Shown here: piece by piece, positions 58,166 to 64,000 of the stretch
How the letters are laid out: the number at the start of each line of letters is the position of its first letter
How positions within the stretch are numbered: position 1 is the first letter of the stretch
Source of the DNA: Eledone cirrhosa
Lineage: Eukaryota
Reading direction: 5' to 3'
Assembly: GCA_964016885.1 (NCBI GenBank)
Contig: OZ024741.1
Location: 277,760,001-277,824,000 of the forward strand
Length of the DNA stretch: 64,000 nt
Program-made: the position numbers and the translations under genes
Notes under the pieces: generated by a model
What the model was told of the DNA's origin: nothing
Seen by the model: the letters and a program-made list of their open reading frames with translations, nothing else
Databases searched by the model: none

Positions 58166-61084
58166 CTGTCACGGAGAAAAAAAGATATATTTTATTTGGT
58201 GGATCTTAAGAAACCCTAATAAAATATGCTGACAATACGCATACATATATATGTATGTATGTATATATATACATATATATAATATTTACCTACATATATG
58301 TTATAAATATATACACACGTGTGTGTATGATATTCAAGTTTGGGACACCATTTCATTTCCGTTGTAAATTTACAGATTGGTTTAACAAAAAAAAATATTT
58401 ACAAAGGGCTAGTTCATTCTCAAAATTGGTTGTTTATTTGGTTACGAAAATATTTCTCAATTTATTCGTATTTGTACTTAGTTCTTTCTCTGTATATGTT
58501 TATGCTAAATGTTTTAAACTTCCGACATTAACCGGTGATTTTGCTATATTAACCATTTTGATAACCCTACCGCATCCGGCTCTGGCTTTATGAAACAAAA
58601 CCTCCCATTTAAAACTCTTCCTTAACTAATTGAAATAGAGTGAATGAAACTAAATAATTATTCTGCGTTTTCAATATTAATTAATACTACTCCGAAATCT
58701 TTCATTTTATTTTTGTTACCTCAAAGATGGAAACTCATTTATATAATCAGCTTATGTAGTTTTATCATATATAATATTTATAATCAAGCTTAGCTTGGCA
58801 ATTTTTCGTTTTAGGTACGTAAAATAAAACTTTGCGAATATGTTTAAATTTCACTAAGTTTTGGTTTCCGTCAGTTTAAATATCTCCTTTGTGAGATTTC
58901 GCTTCTTTTGAAATAAATTTTTGTTTTTCTGGATTTTTTTTATTTATACCTAAAACGAAATATTACCCTTAGTTTTATATCATATATATTGTTATATTTA
59001 TGTTTAATTGATAGTCTTTATTCAATTTCTTTTTCAGGTGTGTTTCTACGTTAGAATATTGAATTATCTTCTACAGGTATTGTAATATACGCAACTATTC
59101 TTTTTTTCACTTTGTGTGTAGACCAGTGGTGAGCGGGAGGATGCAAAAGGGGGTTCCTTTAGTAGAGATTACCTTTTTTTATAAATAATTTTATTTGTTT
59201 TATAATATTCTGATACTTATAAGTACACTATGTATATACCTATAATCATGATAATCGTTTAACATCTGCTTTTCCTGCTAGCAAGGGTTGGATGGGTCTA
59301 CATAGATCAAGTCAGTACTGAATCAGGGCTACTGACCTCCCAACAGGCCGGATCTTTTATCTTACATACGGTCTCATCTTCTACTGAGTGCACAAGCGAG
59401 GTTGTCATGTCTTTGACAAAACTGGAGGGTCCTCCCAAATCCTTTGATTGGCAAGCTTTCTATGGTTGTATACCCTTCCTATCACCAAACATTTTGCAGT
59501 CTGTACTGAGGGTGTTTATCCTGTAGATCACCAACACTAAGGAGGTTGTCATTCCCTTGACACAACTGAAGGGCCTCCCAACCATTTGTTTGGCAAGCTT
59601 TCTATGGCTGGATGCCGTTCCTATCACCAACCACATTACAGCGAGTATTGGGTATATTTATCATGTAGATCAGCAGCAATAAAAGACGAATGAGCCTCCC
59701 TCAAATTCATAGCTCTGTGCTAAGTGCCCCTCCCTTTTTCACCTCGGTTTCATCTGACTATATAGACAAAAAGAATGTATTTTATTACACAATACATGAG
59801 TAATTTCTTAATCTAAAATATTTATCTTCTACTGTGTGACAAATTAACAGGATCTTTAGAATGTTGGATAAAATGCTTTGCAGTATTTGTTCCAACTATC
59901 TGACTCTCAAACCTTACTACGGTCAACTTTGCTTTCATCCTTTCAAGGTCGATAAAAAAAACATACCTGTCCAATCCTCTATATCTCTTTCTCACTTCCT
60001 GTTTCTCTCTCTCTCTCCCCTTCTCTGGAACAAATCTCCTACATTCAAGCCTGGACTAGGTTTAAAGTGCCTAAGAATTATGTCCTTGTGGCACCTCAAC
60101 AACTATGACAGGAGTTACAGGTCCATATATACATAACTCTTCTACTGCATTACATAATGTAATTATAAGAAAAATTATATTCATGGTGCATAAAGTTTTC
60201 CTTGTGAAATTTGTAGATCACTTGGAAAAGGTCTTGTATCACTGGTCAAAATGTCTTATTTTTTTTACCTATTTAGTCAGGGAGATGAAGGCCAGTATCT
60301 ATAACCCATGGAAAATAATATAGTAGCTTATATATTTTAAGCTGGGTCTTCTTGAGTCACTACTCAGTTTCTCATTTCCAATGTTCAGTTATCCAAACAA
60401 GATCTCAAAGTCCTGGGAATATTTAATTAGTGGTTGGCATTAGGAAGGACATCTACTGAATATTTAATTAGTGGTTGGCATTAGGAAGGACATCCACTGA
60501 ATATCTAATTAGTGGCATCCAGCAATCAAAATCATGTCAAATATGGAACATATGAGTAAAAGACAGTTATCTTATCTGTTTGTCTAACCTCAGAATGTGG
60601 CTACCTGTCTACCCATGCTACATGCAAAATAGACATAAAGCAATGATGAGGAGGATAATACTGTGTGTGATACCTCTGCTTGATAATAATATTGGTGCTA
60701 CCATTTTGTCTTTTGTTTAAAATTGTTCCAAATAAATTTGAAATACTGAAGAACATGTAAAAATGTTGGATCAAAGTAGTGTTATCAATACTGTTGTCCA
60801 GATTGCATCTTTTGTTTCCTGTGATCAAAAGCATCTACCATCGAACAATCAATCCTCTAGTTTAATCTTAGTTGGTCACTTTAACCCTTTCATTACCATG
60901 CTTGCATTCATGGCCCTGTAACTCCTGAGGGAGTCGTAGTGGCACCGTGTTGACATACAGCATTTCTAGGGCATTTTTTAAACCTGGCGGAGCCCATCCA
61001 TCCCCTCTCCAGGTCTGAATACAGCAGATTTCTTCCAGTAAAGGATAGAGAGAGATATAGAGGGATCAGATGTTGTTTACTCGA

Positions 61085-61810
61085 GAGAAGGCTACGTTGG
61101 TACGGTCACGTGATGCGCATGAAAGACGACAGCTGTATAACAAAGTGCAGGGCTATAAAGATAGACGGTAGCCACGGAGTAGGCAGACCCAGAAAAACAT
61201 GGGACGAGCTGATAAATTCCGACCTCACACGCTTACACCTCTCCAAGACAATGTCACTGGACCGAGACCTTTGGCGGTACTCAGTAATAGAGAAGACCCG
61301 CCTTACCTAAATACAAAGTAAAAACCTACTACAGTCAGTAGGCATCTCTATCAAAACACCCCCCACCCCACCCCACCCCCCGTCCCACCCCATCCACACC
61401 GCCCCTTTCAATGTACAGTTATGTTGGTCCCACAACATCCAGGCCGAAACAAATGAGATCGTGTAGGTGTCACGACAAAAAAAACACACAGTCCACGCTG
61501 TAAATGTGGCCGTGTAGGCAACACGGTAAAAACCTCCTAGCCCCACACTGTAAATGTGGTTGGTGTTAGGAAGGGCATCCAGCTGTAGAAAACCCGCCAG
61601 ACAGTCCATGCTGTAATGTGGCCGTGTAGGCAACACGGTAAAAACCTCCCAGCCCCACACTGTAAATGTGGTTGGTGTTAGGAAGGGCATCCAACTGTAG
61701 AAAACCCGCCAGACAGTCCTATGCGAGCAAGACAACCACTCTTGCCTCAAGTGGGAAAACCCCCGTCCAAACCCATGCAAGCGTGGAACACGGACGCTAA
61801 ACCTGATGAT
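61085..61810 (+). mobile_element. RTE LINE 3' end plus a SINE-like tail with an internal ~120-bp duplication
   Basis: RLRWYGHVMRMKDD...GRPRKTWDELI...DRDLWR; GGTGTTAGGAAGGGCATCC repeats; (GAT)n tail. Confidence 0.8.
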
Positions 61811-62948
61811 GATGATAGAGGAAGAATAGGCCCCAGTACTAGACTAGTACTTTTTTTTTTGTGTTGACCTTGAATGGATGAAAGGCAAAATTGACCTCTT
61901 CCATTACCATATTTCTAGTAAAAAAAACACTGCTTATATAAGTTTGGGAATAATCAATAATTTGGAGGGATTTAGTAATATAGATGGATTTATTTTTTTT
62001 ATGTTAAGCTGGTGTTTGGATCATAACAAAATGTTCTTACATAAAATGCTGAGATATTTAAATATAAACACTTCAAAAGAAACAATTTTGTATTGAAGAA
62101 CCAGAGCCGGTTTGAGGCAGCTTGGTATCTTGAGTTATACAGGTTTGAAATATAATTTTAACATAGATATATCATCATCACCGTTTAACGTCCACTTTTC
62201 CACGCTGGCATGGGTTAGACAAGTTATCCTATTGTTAGCAATGCCAGATCACGTGACCATGTCTTGCTCATACAGAACTTAATTTGGCTTGGTTTCTATA
62301 GCTGGATTCCCTTCCTAGCGCCATCTTCATTTACAGTGAGTACTAGGTGCTTTTTGTTGTGATGCCTACACGACCATTTTACAGTATGGACTGGGTGCTT
62401 TTTGTCATGACGCCTACACGCCACACTTTACAGAGTGGGCTGGGCGTGTTTTTGCCATGTCGCCATCACGACCACTTTACAGTATAATATAAATATAATA
62501 TAAACATAATACAATTGTAACATAAACATGACTAGTATGCAGACTCTTGGCTTCTGTGGGAGCAGCACAAAGAGTAAAGAATCATTAATAAGGTCACAAA
62601 CTGTAATGAAAGGACTTTGATGATTAATTGATAAACTGATTAACCAGTGATGACTGGATTAATTACCTGATTAATAATAAAATCCAAAGTGAAAGTCAAC
62701 TGGTGCATGTGTTTTTATTGACAGCATGACCCTCCCAACATACAACAACTGCTTCAACACATGATTTCACATCCAGAACATTTGCAAAAACAAATACGAC
62801 AATATGAAGTACCACATCCATTATACTATAAAGAAACTGTAAAGTCCTATCTCAGAATATTCTATTTCTTCTTCGTTTTCTTTGGTTTAGTTTAATTGGA
62901 AGAATAACTGGCTGTGTCTTGTTTCTTAGCAGAAGTTAGGAATCGACA

Positions 62949-63176
62949 ATGGATGCAGCGTCTGACTTTGAGAATTTGTCTGAAGAAGAAATCAGGTCTC
63001 TGATCTTGAAAGCGACTCAGTCAGTCGAAAAATGTCCTGATGTTAAAAGGAAGCATTCAACTAGGAAAAGTAAAATTAATTTTGTCGAAGTAATCACTGA
63101 AATATCTCGAAGAGTAGAAGGGATTTGCCAGAAAGATATTCTCATTGACAAGTTATTTGTTCCAAAACCTTCTTAA
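62949..63176 (+). CDS. Possible first coding exon of an unidentified host gene
   Basis: Non-repetitive 75-aa ORF MDAASDFENLSEEEIRSLILKA... preceded by an acceptor-like TGTTTCTTAG; no recognised homology and no clear donor. Confidence 0.3.
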   Translation: MDAASDFENLSEEEIRSLILKATQSVEKCPDVKRKHSTRKSKINFVEVITEISRRVEGICQKDILIDKLFVPKPS

Positions 63177-63769
63177 TATTTTTATTTTTTACCTTTATTT
63201 ATTTATTCACTTTTTGTTATTTTGTTGATTTATTATTAAGTTTGGTGGATGGGCAAGAATCAGTAGAGTGACTGATATCAAGTGCCTTGTTCTGTATTTA
63301 ACTATGCCTTATTTTTATTTTTTACATATTTGACTTTTTAATACAGTCGAGGTGTCGACTTTGTCTTTCATCCTTTCGGGAGGGTTTGAGGGGGACAGGT
63401 TGATTAAATAAGTACCAATTTAGTACTTGGGTCAATATAATTGACTGTCCCCCTTCTTGCCACTCCTCCTGAAATTTGTGGCTCCATTGCCTAATTTACA
63501 AGTTATTATTATTATTTAAATGTTATCATGACTGTTGTTACTGTTATGAAATATATTTAAAACATATGAGACAACAACAAGCATTTTCTGGCCACTTTCT
63601 GAGACAATGTTTTACAGCTGGCTGCCCTTCTTGTTGCAAACATTTTTAGTCATCATTTGATATGGCGTCCCTATTCTAAATCCGATACGCATAAGAGTAC
63701 ATGTATAGTACTGGTGGTGTTGAGACAATCATCTGTCCTCCCCACCACAAAATTTGTTGCTGGTGGATT

Positions 63770-63950
63770 GGTAGCTTGGGTTAGAGTGTCAGTCAACATG
63801 ATTTGCAGCATACATTTACGTTCCTTTGTATTCTGAGTTCAAATCCTGCTAAGGATAGCTTTGCCTTTCATCTTTACAGGGTCAATAAAACCACTAACGC
63901 ACTGGAGTCAATTTAATCAACTTGCCCCTCCCCAAAATTATTGGCCTGGT
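63770..63950 (+). mobile_element. tRNA-derived SINE (further copies ~34300, 39290, 44760, 59850, 63240)
   Basis: TTCTGAGTTCAAATCC...CTTTGCCTTTCATC motif. Confidence 0.75.
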
Positions 63951-64000
63951 AGTTGATTGGCAGAATTGGTAGAGCATTGGATAAAATACTTTGCAATATA

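Overview
Repeat-saturated, AT-rich eukaryotic DNA. The SINE families and (TA)n/(CA)n load suggest a cephalopod, probably Octopus (inference). There is no prokaryotic operon and no CRISPR. Bases 1-16.75 kb are a ~274-copy 61-bp satellite that appears to be the amplified tRNA/CORE head of a SINE, with 3-mer and 55-mer higher-order repeats. The rest (17-64 kb) holds SINEs, decayed RTE/CR1/CRE LINE fragments, a DD37D (maT) transposase fragment and MITEs. The most striking signal is a dense population of small non-coding elements inserted in (TA)n tracts. Read by eye, they carry about 25 minimal type-I hammerhead ribozyme motifs (CUGANGA...GAAA-stem III-UH) from about 13 sequence families. They occur as 422/483/~506-bp tandem multimers, as fold-back palindromes with 3' ends facing outward, and as inter-family chimeras, next to a Penelope/Neptune-like ORF fragment. 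The largest fold-back junction (50487) lies within 3 nt of the predicted ribozyme cleavage site. This fits a (TA)n-targeted retrozyme/Penelope-like system that copies self-cleaved or circular RNAs. Almost all supplied ORFs are microsatellite artefacts; at most one possible host exon (~62.9 kb) is visible.
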